From Tubiluchus corallicola (Eukaryota; Animalia; Priapulida), in contig JAQGDQ010000010.1 of NCBI GenBank assembly GCA_030141605.1, forward strand, positions 620,001 to 684,000: a stretch of DNA of 64,000 bases, written 5' to 3'. The notes below the pieces were generated by a model. It was not told the DNA's origin. It was given only the letters and a program-made list of their open reading frames with translations, and did not search any database. Shown here piece after piece: positions 23,501 to 36,542 of this stretch (the stretch's first letter is position 1; each line of letters begins with the position of its first letter). The translations under genes were made by a program, and so were the position numbers.

Positions 23501-26500
23501 CTTAGTTCATTGGTAGACTTCTTGGGTCTAGCATACAGCAAGTATTATTGTAATTTTGAGATATGAGTTTACCTAAAGTAGCATTACTGGTCCAGTCAAG
23601 GTATTCTGTGGCTTGCAGTCATCATGTTAATATCTTGAGCAAACTAGTAAATATAATTAGAAACAATTTTTAACAAGAACAGGTTAGGGAAAACAAGCTA
23701 CGCCTTTAAAGAAGATATTGTTCATATAACAACTTCTAACTTTTGAGAGGTCATTATACATGACAGTATATATGTATGTATTATATACATTGCCTTTTGC
23801 CGTGTTTGTTTGCCTGTCTGCTTGAAAGTAGATGAAAACACTCTGCTGTATGGGATAGAATAGATACTTATCTATTAATATGACAGGTGGCTATTATTAC
23901 TGAAATGCAAAATTTATATTTGAGCTACCAGTTGCACCATATCAAACTGTTTGCTAGCATTCTGTGAGGTGTTTTCTTTTTATAGGCAAACATCATACAA
24001 GTTGTGAATCAGATATTTCACTCTACTGAATGGAGTACGGATTTCAAAGGTTACTCATTTGTAATTAAAGAAGTGAAGGTTCATAGTGAACCTCAAAGAC
24101 CTATTTTTTCTTCTGAGTTGCATTACAATACAAAGACGTCAGTGTTACGGGATGCAAAGGAGTTGTTAAAGGTGGGCCAAATTTTTGTAGATTATTGTAT
24201 TTACAAAGAAAAGAGTATCTTACTGAGCAATTAGTTAAAATATTGGCCGAGTTTTTTGTCCTTGTGACAATCATTTTCAAACAAATTATATAATCAGTCA
24301 ATCTTCTTAATGAACATTAAAGTGCTAGAAAAAACATTTTTTTCAATAAGATTTCCTGACTTTCTTGTCTGTGAGTATAATACAGGGAAGAATTTACTTG
24401 ACATTACTTAGTAGAATTATAGATCCATATGACTTCATGTTCTTGAAAAACTATGCCAAAAACAGTTGCCCACTGTCTTGAAATGTTTCTGTACAAAAGT
24501 TTTGTATCATATCTCTTAGACTATAAACACAGAACGTTTTTGGCAGACTTCAAGTCAGCCTATGTAAGTTTGTTAAATAGTAAACATTCAGTGGTAAAAG
24601 CACATGTTTGCAGTTACACATTGTGGTTAGCTGTTATAACATGTAGTGGCTATAACTATAGCATTTTATTTTTACAGCTTTTTAGCAGAGGACATTATGA
24701 GAAGTTTTGTCTGGCACATTTGTTCACACATCTTAGATTTTCCGATGAAACTTTAGGACTTGCTTATATTGCGTCAACACAATTGGCAGGTGGCGGTATT
24801 TGTTCATCTGGTAAGAAAAGGCCCTATTTGATTTGATGGAAAGTCCTGAGTTTTAGTTTGCCATTGCTGGAGTCACAGATTATTTATTTTCTACTTATGT
24901 TCTACCTATTTTCTATTTCAATTTTCCGTTCTACTTCTATGTTGAAAAATGAAAAGTTATAATTATTTCCAGTCTTTTTTTTCTAGGTGAATATGAGAAT
25001 GATCGACTGATATTTTATAACACAGGCCTAAGCAGTTCTCTGAATTCTGCCTATGACACTGTACTAACAAGACAAGCAAATCTTATCACAGCTCATGGTA
25101 AATGTTTAATTTTTTATTCTTGGTCTTATATGCCAATTTCCGTTTATTTAGCTAAGTTTGCTATTATTTTCATAGTGAAAGTTTTGTTTTTCTGTTCATT
25201 CTCGATTTCTATGTTGCGTAGTGTTGTAAATGTGTATTGCTGTGCTGCTTTCAGTCTTCTTAAATTGCAACACATTTGCAGTTCACCTTGGTAGGTAATT
25301 TCAGTTCTTATCAATACATAGCATTGCTAAAAATTTAGTTACTATTTCAAAATAGCCTGTTGCACTGCATGTAAGTACATGAACAGTAGTTGCCACCAAT
25401 GAGTGATTCTAATAAACTGCAGTATACTATGCAGCAGCCTGTTTTCAAGTGAGTGTATTTGGCAAATTACAGTACCCTTATTAGTACGGTACACATATGC
25501 ACATTCAAGTGTACAACAGTGATTCAAATTCATTCAACAAACTGAAATCTGACAGATGTACATGCAGAGCGAACCAAGTGGTGTTAACTTTCAGTATGAC
25601 AAACTAAGAAGAGGTGAATCTAGGAAATGTGATTTAAATTTCAACTGCATATCTCCAAAAATAGGAAAGCCAATAAAAAACATTTTATTTTTTCATAAGA
25701 ACACCAGTGCAGAATTAGGTTTTAACGATTTTGCTATTTGTAAAACTTGGGATGCACAAAAAAAATTTTGCTTTCAGAATTAGGTCATAATTGGGGCAGT
25801 GAACATGATCCTGAGACAGAGGAGTGTGATCCTAAAGAACCTCATGGTTCTTATCTTATGTACACATATGCTGTCAGTGGATATTATAAGAACAATCATC
25901 TGTTTTCTCCATGTAGTAAACGCCGTATAGCTGCCGTACTAGCAAAAAGACACCGTTTATGCTTTATTCGTATGTATATTACGGATTTATGATCTCTGGC
26001 TTTTAAATGTAAGGTAATTTGATTTAGTTTTTTGGTCAGTATCATTTGGACCTTTGCGCATTCAACTGATTGATGTCTACAAACATTTACAGAAGTCAGA
26101 ACTCAGTGAAAATTGTGTGACATTGATTGTTCTGTAGATATTGTTATTGGGTAGTTTTTGCTTAAAGTTTTGTGGATTTTTTAATGGTTGTCAGTATTTG
26201 TAGTGACTTAGGTCTTTCCATTCATCGTTAATGATCAATGTAAGTTTCTACAGCATTAACATTCACTTACAATCAGATACATTATCTAGTAATTAATTTA
26301 ATCTACAGCAACAGAAAGATTGAAGTTCAGCCATTTAAAATAGATGCTGACTCTGTCGCTCTGTATCTTTCCTTATTGCTGTCTTGCTACAGATCTGAGC
26401 ACATCAATGCTGTAATGTGTTGCAAATGCACCCCTTCTAACCACTTTCCCACCATTGGCATGGACATAGACTGGTAAAAAAAAATTAACACGATGAACAA

Positions 26501-29500
26501 GAAATTGTAAAAATTCTCATAGTCACAGATAGGAATGTACATTTGATAGTCCCTGAAGTACTCTGCAGCACAAACAGTTAAATTATACTAACATATAAAT
26601 TGCAAATTTTTCTTAGCACTTATATGTCCAAACATTAAATGAGACATTCAAATATAAAAAAAACGTTGAAGCCTTGCAATAATATGATGCGATAACTTTT
26701 ATAAATGTCAGTTTTAATTTTGTATTTGGGTGTTCGTTACAGAAAAGACTAAATCTTTATGTGGTAATTATCAAGTGGAGCCAGGAGAAGAATGCGATAC
26801 AGGAGCAATTTTTTCGCACAAACAGGATCCGTGTTGTACACATACGTGTCATCTTAAACCTAAAGCTAAATGCAGGTAAGCTATAATGGAATAATGCTGT
26901 AAAACGTCATAATCAAAAGATCTACATATGCTACTTTATATGCAGATGTGTCCAGGACTGTAATTTAGACCAAAGCTCAAAGCTAAAAGAAAAATTTTTA
27001 AGACTAAGATGAGATTTAAGACTAAGGCCACGCCAATGCCAAAACTTTCCAGAACAATGTATTTTGTTAAAACCAAATTTAGAAAGTATTTTTTTGGAAA
27101 GTAGCTTTCTAAGCATTTCAAAATATTTTTCTGTAAATTTTTTCCAACTGTAATAGTAAATAATTACTAGTAATTACATCCTTAATTAAAAGTATAGATT
27201 AACTACTCTTTGTGTAAAGTATTAATATCAAGGTAGGTGCTAAAACAAAGACTGGGATTAACACTAGTGTGTGCATCAGCAAGAACAAGATCTAAGGATA
27301 GCAATAATTGGCGTCAGTCTGGCAAGAATTGATTCATAACCTACCTCAGAGCACCTCCCAGGTCTAACAATAATTGGCTTCATGACCTGTCTCTAACTTT
27401 GGACTGGAGTTGTGAGGCACTCATTTATTAACTTAATTTTGCATATATTATTGTCCTATTTTTTCCTTAAATGCTTGAAATTTTATCATCATCCATGAAT
27501 GTTGTTATCAAACTGAACAAGGTTTATTTAGAAAGAAGTTATAAGAAAGCAGATTAAACATTTCAGACATTGTTTTTCACTTACCCTAATAGATCCTGTT
27601 TCACCTCTTTCTTTTATTTCAGTGATAAAAACTCTCCTTGTTGTAAAGATTGTCAGATTGCGCCAGCCGGACAGCTGTGCAGGGTGGCTTTTAGAATGGA
27701 TGCTGTCTGTGAAAATGATTCTGTATGTGACGGAATGAAAGCAGAATGCCCAGCATCGCCACCAGCAGCAAATGGAACGAGCTGTTTGGATGGTGGTGAA
27801 TGTTGGGGTGGCATCTGTCTCCCTTTCTGCGAGGTGCCCAAAATTGGAAAGAAGTCTTGCCTCTGTGTAGGAGGTAATGCAGAGTTCTAGCAGAAAAGAT
27901 GATATTATAACATTTTAGCAAACAAAACATCATTTTATAAGTAGTAATGAAATTGCATTGATTATGCATTGCATAATGATTCTCAGAGATCGTATCTACA
28001 CCACATCCAGCCAGCATACATTATGTTCATTGCAGCAGACATTGAGAAGTGATGCTGGTTATGCTTTATCCATAGATGTTGTGGCTTGTTTAAGAAAAGT
28101 GTAACAAGTCTGTGACAGCAACGTGGCATTTGTCACGTATCAGTGCCATATATTTTTGCTGCCAAACCCAGAATCTGACTGAATGTAAAATTCATACACA
28201 ATACAAATTTGGTATCATCATCATAAGACAGTAATACTAAAATCTGTTATGCTGTCTATACTTGAGCTTAGTTTCTGAAATATGTAAACGTAGTATTATT
28301 AATATCTATCTATTGCACTGTAAAACTTTAAAATGGTTTAATGACCTTATAAAAACTTCCAAATATGTCACTTCATTGACTGTTAAAGGTAGTGTAATTA
28401 ATCAAGAAAAATTGTACATGGCCAAGTTTTTGATCAGTGCGTAAACAAGATTCTGGCACATGTCAGTAATGTGATCAATATGGAATTCCTAAAAAATTGC
28501 CACCTAATCCAATAAGTTAGTTGTGAGATATTAAGATTGAAGCAATTAAGATTTGCCATATCTGGTACTGGGTAGTCATGTGTGTAGACGAGGGGTTACT
28601 TAGTCAAGTGGTAGCGGTGTCTGACTTTGAATTTGAAGATCTCTGGTTCAAATCCAGACTCAGTTTCAATTTTTCTAAATTTCCTTTTTTTCAGTCAAAG
28701 TTGGTTCAAAAATCCAATAATTGTGAGTTCATTTTACCATTGGTCAGCATAGCCTACCCGCAATCACCTAGGTTATGAGTTTTATTTCAGATGCCATTTT
28801 GACTGCCATAATGATTGCCCCTCAGTGACCTAATTAAACACCAACCTAAAACTTTTCTGTGGCCATGCTGGGTTCTTTACACCTTGGATGACATTATGTA
28901 GCAGAATACCCTGAAAAGTACTATTTTGGACGCAAGCGGCTAGCTAAATTGACACTAACCGAAAATTTTCTTGGCCCATTTTGGCGGTACACTGCAGCAC
29001 GTGGGTGTACATAAATAACATGGACATACAGAAAGATTTTCACCTTTATAGCACATAAGAATAACTTTAAAATTAATACGCACATAAGTAAAAAGTATTC
29101 TTACCCCAATTTTTTTTGTGGACATTAGCATAATAACCTTCTACATTATTTTTTTCTAATTTCAGCTGATGCTTGCAAACGCTGTTGTAGAGACGAAAAC
29201 TCCAAGAAATGTAAGAAATATACTGATGCCAAGCATTATTTTGGATTTCCTTTAGAGGCAGGCCAGTCATGTTATCGTGGCCTGTGTGATGAAGAGGTTT
29301 GTTCCTTTTGCTAGCTTGAACTAAGTTACCAGTTTAATTTTTAAATTGTATTTTAGTAAATCATTGAAAGTGTGACTACACTCATTTTAACAGCATGGTG
29401 CGAATGCTATAAGGTTGTTTTAGCTTTCGAGAGTGGAAGTTGATCTACTTGTGTAAAGGGGTCAACTACACATCTTTGAACATGGAATAGATGTTCAGAA

Positions 29501-32500
29501 CATTCCAAACCTGAGATTTTTCAATTGACCAGAGCTTACCAAGAAATCTCCAGCTTTTAAGAGTTAATAAAGGCAGTTCTCTCTCTGTCTCCATTTCTCA
29601 CTCTTATTCTCCATGTCTCCCCTTCTCTCTTACTTTTCTATGATTTTGTTCTCTACTTTTTCTTTACTTTTCCCTCCTTCTCTCATTTTCTTCGTAAGAC
29701 TCATTCATGCTATTTTTTATAGGGAATTTGCAGGACTGCAAAAGCGGATATTATTCAGCGAATTTGGAATGTAATTAAATCAGTTGATATCGATTATATA
29801 AGTAAGTCACGTTTGCTTTTATGTATATGCATTTGCAAGTTTTGGTGATTAAGGTATTGCTTCTGTTTTGCAAAATATATCTTGTAGCAAGGATGGACAT
29901 TTGAGACACTGCTAACAAAAAAACTGTATGCTATTAGGATAATAATGATAATTTACCAGGTAGACTGGTATCACCTGTGCATGGTGTCTCATGGGTTTCA
30001 TTCCACTGTTGGAATGAGCAGGAAACTTTAAATTGGTCTATTTGGTTCAGATAAAACAGTGTTTGAAACCTCGCTGTAAACTTTAAATTGTAGATGTTAT
30101 TTCTATGCCAGACTAATTATTTTTTGCATTTGGCTTGAAAATATGTCCTGAAGAACAAAAACATGGTGTTTTGCTTTTGAAAATGTATTTGAAACAAAAT
30201 ATAAATAACAAATAAGTGTTATATGTAGAAAGCATATTTCTAGGACTTGCTAAAAGCCTGTGTCAATAGCCATAGTTCTAACAAATAATAAAAGGTACAA
30301 CTACCAAGTGTCAAAATAAAAAGTAAATTTAAAATTCTAAATACATGTGTAGTAATGTATTGTAGTACAAAAATGCTTTAAATTAAAGCAATTTTGGTTG
30401 CCAGTATATAAAAATAAAAAATAATAGATGTGTCAAATTTGTAGGCAGCTGCAGTGGTATAAAAATCTAGAAAAGTAATAGCCCGCAGATTTCTACGAAA
30501 GAAATAATTGCCCTTTATAAAATTTACTCTAATAGTGTTTTGCAGAAGTTTCGAAAATTGGCTAAATATCATCTAATATATCTGTCAGGGCTCAGCCTCA
30601 AATTCTGCAAGAGGGCTTACATGCTCCCTTGAACTCCTAGCTGGTTGTCTGCGAAGCTTCACTTTCTAAATCCCACACCCTACAATTCGATATAACACTA
30701 TGCTCAGAAGATCCTCCTCTACCCACAGCAAAAGAATCTATAGGTATGCTTGCAATTATACCTTATACTAATAAACTTGTTAGTGTTTAAACTTGACATT
30801 GTTTTACAGAAAAATTTGTTCACAGTAACATTGTCGGCTTGATAGTCATTGTATCTTTTATAATATGGATGCCTCTTACCTGGTATATTAACAAGAAAGA
30901 CATGGAACGCAAGATGTTACTTGATCAAAGGGCTAGATGGAAATCACAACGTGTAAGTATGGCCATTTTTAGTGACATGGTAGAGGAAGTGTGACAAAAT
31001 CAGGGAGTTTTTACCTGTAATTCATGGAACAGGCATGGATTGATTTTTTGATTGAATATTTTTATTTCGAAACAAAGTCCATATTACAACACAATGCAAA
31101 TTATAGTTAACAAACAAACATTATACATATAAATCATTATACAATTATCGGTTAGTAGTTTCTCACAATTAAATACAGTTAATTAAGTATTTACGATATT
31201 TACAACTTTGCTTTATTGGGCTACAGTATATAGGCATTTATTCCAATGCTTATACAGCCCACATATAAATAAACAGTCACTGTTAAAGATATTACTTATC
31301 AATTCATTGTAGGTGTCAGTAGCTCTTATTTTTATTTTTATATTGAAATTTATATCTCTTACTTATAACTTCATCATTATGTAGAAGTCGTATAATACTA
31401 TGTTGCTCATAAAATTTTAAACTTCTTGCTTTTGTTCAGTTTTGGAAGCTATCATTTTAAGAAATTAATGCAAATCTTATTTATGCTATAAATTTTGTAG
31501 AAATATAGAGAAATTGGTATAGTATCATACAGTAATCCAGCATATAGTGTAAGAAATCCTATGTCTTATAATTGAACCTACAAAGATAAGAAGGTTCAAA
31601 TTTTTCAACCGTCTAGCATCTACTTCTGAAATTGCTTCGTTGTAAGCTTCTCTGGGCTCCATATAATACTCTCACGGCCACAGTGTACAACATACCTACA
31701 TTCTTGTTATTTTTCTCTGATCTCTGATGGTTAACCATTCTAAGATGGTGGTTTTTGTTATTGTTCCAGTGTTTCATGGTGACCCATTTTCAAGAACGAA
31801 ATCAAATGAACGTGAGCTTTAGCTGAAAAGTTTATAGGCTGTATATGTAAGCTATGAAGCAGTGAGTCTAAATGAATGAAACCTGATGTGTGTTTATTGC
31901 ATCTCTTTTGACAACTAATTGCATAAGTTTCTTTCTAAATAAGGGTTTATTTTTTGTACTTCAAATGACTTTGTTAGATAGTAGCTAGTGAGCAAAAACT
32001 GATTAAATTCGGAATGTTAATCACAAAAATAGTAACTTAGTTGGTTAACGAGAGACTTCAAAGCAAATGTGCATTAAGTTACGCTAATCCAGTATTATGT
32101 CTTCCTGTCAACTGTCATAATAGTGTAAGTGTTACGTAATATTTTACAGAAACTTCTTTGATTTAACTATAGGTAGGAATTTACAATTCCCCACACAATT
32201 TAAATACCCCAACGCTAACCCTAATTCTAATCCTAATCTGCTTCACAAACTAATTTCTCGTGTGTGGGGAATTGTAAACTTTAGCCTAACTATGCTTCAG
32301 AATGGGTATACTTGTTTGCTAATGCCCAAACTTGTTGGTCAGCATCTATTGCAAGCTAAGCCGTATACATTTTCTTTACTACATTCCATAGTTAGCGTAT
32401 TAAACAAATTCTAATTAATGTATTTACTTTTTTTAGGATCATCGTCTATTTACGGAAGAAGATGCAGCAATTATACGAAATTTTGGAAAGCGAAAAATTG

Positions 32501-33405
32501 CTTCACTACGTAGAAAAGCAAGTGCAGCAAGTTTGCAGGCTTCGCGAACTGCGATTTCTATCCGTAAAAAAGCAAGTGCAGCAAGCTTACAAGCGGGACG
32601 AACTGCATCTTCCCTACGCAAGAAAACAAGTGAAGCAGGCTTACAAGCGGGACGAACTGCATCTTCCATACGAAGGAGAGCAAGTGCAGCAGGCTTACAA
32701 GTGGGACAAACTGCATTTTCCATACGCAAGAAAGTAAGTGAAGCAAGCTTACAAGCAGGACAAACTGCATCTTCTTCATGGAAGAAAGCAAGTGAAGCAA
32801 GCTTACAAGCGGGACAAACTGCATTTTCCATACGTGGAAGAGCAAGTGAAGCAGGCTTACAAGCGTGTCGAACTGCATCTTCTATACGAAAGAAAGCAAG
32901 TGCACCAAGTTTACAAGCAGGACGAACTGCATCTTTCATACGCAAGAAAGTAAGTGAAGCAAGCTTACAAGCGGGACAAACTGCATCTTCTTCATGGAAG
33001 AAAGCAAGTGAAGCAAGCTTACAAGCGGGACAAACTGCATTTTCCATACATGGAAGAGCAAGTGAAGCAGGCTTACAAGCGCGTCGAACTGCATCTTCCA
33101 TACGGAAGAAAGCAAGTGCACAAAGTTTACAAGCGGGACAAACTGCATCTTCTTCGCGGAAGAAAGCAAGTGAAGCAAGTTTACAAGCGGGACAAACTGC
33201 ATCTTCTTCACGGAAGAAAGCAAGTGAAGCAAGCTTACAAGCGGGACAAACTGCATCTTCCACACATGAAAGAGCAAGTGAAGCAGGCTTACAACCTGCA
33301 AAGGCAGGGGCCAGGGCAGTTGTAACAGCCTTGTATAACAAAAGTAAGTCAGTGCCCGCATTACTGAGAAATGAGCAAAAGAGGCAAAATGCAAATTCGA
33401 AGTGA
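17568..33405 (+). CDS. ADAM17: ADAM17/TACE-like disintegrin-metalloprotease, 17 coding exons, about 1059 aa (alternative in-frame ATG at 17709)
   Basis: Exons 17568-17579, 17700-17796, 18029-18155, 18909-19042, 19517-19608, 21671-21774, 22778-23063, 23986-24171, 24678-24810, 24987-25097, 25778-25969, 26743-26875, 27623-27873, 29166-29296, 29723-29801, 30810-30952, 32437-33405; all phases join. Contains a signal peptide, prodomain (LRYFETL..HRIEKR; cysteine switch KRFCSYI), furin site RTKR, CLAHLFT, zinc motif HELGHNWGSEHD, Met-turn YLMYTYAVSG, disintegrin CGNYQVEPGEECD, membrane-proximal CKRCC, CANDIS-like ADIIQRIWNVI and TM SNIVGLIVIVSFIIWMP. Confidence 0.93.
19635..20952. mobile_element. 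1.3-kb non-autonomous hAT element in ADAM17 intron 5
   Basis: Perfect TIR CAGGGCACTTTATTTATGACT / AGTCATAAATAAAGTGCCCTG; 8-bp TSD TTTATATG; subterminal ATTTATGAC repeats. Confidence 0.9.
20351..20446. mobile_element. 96-bp hAT (TAGGGGTG-type) MITE nested in the 19635-20952 element
   Basis: TIR TAGGGGT(A/G)AGCA / TGCTCACCCCTA; 8-bp TSD ACGCCGCT; same family as the 51874-52315 and 52646-53020 copies. Confidence 0.9.
22060..22335. repeat. (AAC)n microsatellite flanked by about 60-70-bp imperfect inverted arms
   Basis: AAC/AGC run at about 22131-22236; left arm ...TTAAACACAAATTTGAGGACAAGCA... pairs with right arm ...TGCTTTTCCTTAAATTTGTGTTTAA... Confidence 0.7.
28592..28665 (+). mobile_element. 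Degenerate tRNA-derived (Gln-like) SINE head or tRNA pseudogene in an ADAM17 intron
   Basis: A-box-like TAGTCAAGTGGTAG, anticodon-loop-like CTGACTTTGAATTTG and B-box GGTTCAAATCC; the acceptor stem does not close. Confidence 0.5.
32509..33294 (+). repeat. Coding 54-bp (18-aa) tandem repeat, 14 full units plus a partial, in the ADAM17 last exon
   Basis: Consensus RKKASEASLQAGQTASSI; no indels between units (32509 + 14x54 = 33265, the start of the partial unit). Confidence 0.95.
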
Positions 33406-36400
33406 AACACAAATCTGCAGCATGTATTACTTATTACTACTACTAGAAACTTCGCATATTTTTCTTTCTTATGAATACATGTCTGATGTTGAATATTCAT
33501 TACTGAAAAATCTTTTTAGCTATATAATTAACAATTAAGTTCAAGTGAGTGTTCATGTGGCAACTGCTTTTTTATGGAAACTAAATGGAAACTAAAATGT
33601 GATAGCTTAGTAAGCGGTAACTTATTTTTAGATGATGAGGGGATTGCGTATTTGTAAATAAAACAATTGTAGTATTTAAACTTATTGTAGAGCTTCAGGA
33701 TCTGCTAGGTGATTATAAGTGTCTTTATTAGCTAAATTCCGGCCTAAAGCAGGTTATTCCAGAACTTAAGCAGAAGCCTCTCAAATATTGTTTAAAAATA
33801 ACTAACACACATTAACTTTTCTTACTTTAATTCTTTTGTTTTTTATTGAAATCCCAAAGTTTTAAATACCTGGCCTTAGGTCATTTAAATAAATTATAGT
33901 TTCCTGTTAACTTTTCATTGGACTTATGAATACAGTAATTCCAGATTGGTTACTGTATCAACAAACTGCGATAATAACTAAGAGCCATTCTGACCACCAA
34001 TATTACTGTAATATCCAGTGAATAAAAACAAATGAAAAAGAAGTAACTGGCAGAACTTGTATTGATCATAAAGCTTGCAATAGGAATGCATACTTCATCT
34101 GCAATTCTGGGCTACGTATTGTCACCCAAACGTGTCACGAACTCACTGTGCCATCATAATAATTGCAGAAAACACTGAAAACGAGTACACTTACAAAATT
34201 ATGCACCACAATATTGTGACATGGCAAAGACAAAGAGAATAATAATCTGTTATATGCACGCTTTCAAGTATTACATAAATATGCAACCACTAATGTTATA
34301 GCACAATTTATCATGCCGAACAAGACATACTAGAAGGTAGTGTCAGTTTGACCTTTCTTCCGAGTTTTTTAAATTTGGCCAAAGCATTTAATTTTCAGAC
34401 TTTTTTATTAGCCTAATAAATAAACTGGGCTTAAATAACCAATTAAATATTCTAAAAACAGCTGCCAACTGTTGAAAAGTTTGAGCAGATAAAATCTAAT
34501 AAAAGGTTTGCAATTCTTTACCACCTGTCTGTTATAATTTGCACTTTTGTGTAAATGAGCTCTACTAAGAAGAAAAGGACCAATTTTTAGCAAATTAGTG
34601 AGCCTGGGAAATAAAGCATAATCAAAAACTTCGATAGAAATGGAATGCACAAGAAAAGCGAGACGTACAGAAAAAGAGAGTGTAGAAAGTTAGAAAAGGA
34701 AGTGGAGTATGAAGTGAGGGAGGGAGAAGGAAGAGAAAGAGAAAAACTGAAAAAGCAAGCACGTCATTATTTGAACATGGCGTAACAATAGTTACACACA
34801 ATTATAGTATATACATACAACAAAATAAGCATATTGTTTGAAGCACAGAATTTTTAAAACAACTTTAATACATGATAACATTATGAGTTCCAGTCAAGAA
34901 GTGATAAATTTGAAAATCTAAGTAGTTGGCTGACAAAAGTTTGTTTTATTCAATGTTTTGGCCGTTTAGAAAAAATTGGCATATTTTACAGCATTATTGC
35001 TGCAATAAAGCCAAAACAAAGCTGACAAATTCAAATATATATAATGACAATGTACACAAAGCAATGTCGGATTTAGTGCTATAGTAATTTGTGCATCTTT
35101 GGGGTCACCACATATAATACCAAGCTTTTGGCCAATTTCGAAGACATGCCTACCTTGCGTTATAATGGCGTTATCGTATACCTCACCAACCCACTAGGTA
35201 TACCCCACCATCTACCTACCCTTATACTGATATCGACATCACACCGATGTAGCTTTTTGTGCATTTTATTCTTTCTCCTCACAAGGACATACACCAACAC
35301 TGTTTGTGTTAATTAACAGAAAACCACCAGTGGATTAAACTGGCGGCGGAGGCGGTGGCACCTCCCATTCACTGAGTGAGGTAAGTGAGTAAGATAACGA
35401 TATTGTGACTAAATCACCTACCTACTTTGCGTTATAATGGTGTTATCACCTCTCTTGCCACCTACTTACTTTAAACTTGATATAGCTATATGTGGATGGC
35501 CCCTTTCACTTGTTACAATCACTAAAAATCAATATAATAAATGTCAAAGAAAAGTATTTAAAAACATTTTTGCAAATAGGAGTACATTTTTGTAGATCAG
35601 TTGTACAATTATTAATAAATAAACAAAATTCATGTTTATTTGGCATAAACAATTTCAAAAATGCAAATGTGGTAAAATGCCACAAGCACACCAACCTTAT
35701 AGACATTACAAAATTTTCTGCATTTATTTATATGATCTCATGCCTCTCACATAAAAATACAATGTCTAAACTCTCAGTGTTTTTACTTTTTACATAATTT
35801 AAAAATATGCAAAGTGATATTAACAAAATGTAAAATTTAACAACAACAATTGTAAAAAATAGTGTAAAATGCTGAACAAAATTACCTACACACAATATAA
35901 AACAATCATCAACCTAAACTGTACTGAAAAACAGAATGCGTTGTATCACAATCACTAAGCAAAGAACTGATCGCATAAAGAAAATAAAGATTTGATGATA
36001 AAATGGAGTATATATGGAGAAATATAGATGTATGTGTTGGCATTTTAAAGGCGTTCGAGGAAAAACAATGCAGAGTCAAGCGAAATTTAATAGAATGCGT
36101 AACTGATATGCAGACCGTAACGCTCAGGACACAGTCAATAACCAGAATATGTAAATTGCAGCAAGTAACTAAGCAGCATGAGCAAATAATGCCTTATGTG
36201 CACTTCATAATTGTCACGTTAACCAAATAAGGTTGCTGCCATGCAATTAATTCTGATTACTCAACTGAATCCTAATTAAAGGTGAAATGTACATCACAGT
36301 CTTTTGTAGTACAATTCATCAAATGGACACATTTTCAATTAAAAAGAATGTTACACAACAAATCTTGGCATTTTGCCAATGACTGAGTTAGCTGGGGTTT

Positions 36401-36542
36401 CAATTTTAGCATGGTGTGTGTCAGCATGTGATATTATTTGCAATTAGTGTCTATGTAAAAAAGCTGTTAATTAATGTTCTGAACTGTCAAAACAGCAAAA
36501 CGGCTAAGATTTCATTGTAGCGGTACAATGCAAAGCATGTGA

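Noticed and set aside
31060-31790. Possible L1/Tx1-like 3' fragment on the minus strand in the last ADAM17 intron
   Set aside because: Too degenerate to read a convincing motif by eye.
32509-33294. CRISPR-like appearance of the regular array
   Set aside because: Units are contiguous with no unique spacers, there are no cas genes, and the context is a eukaryotic exon.
32439-33500. 353-aa minus-strand Cys-rich repeat ORF (CKLASLAFF..DAVCPA) and other-frame ORFs (RKQVKQAYKRD..)
   Set aside because: Shadows of the 54-bp coding repeat: a stop-free unit stays open in several frames. Only the + frame joins the ADAM17 TM exon in phase.
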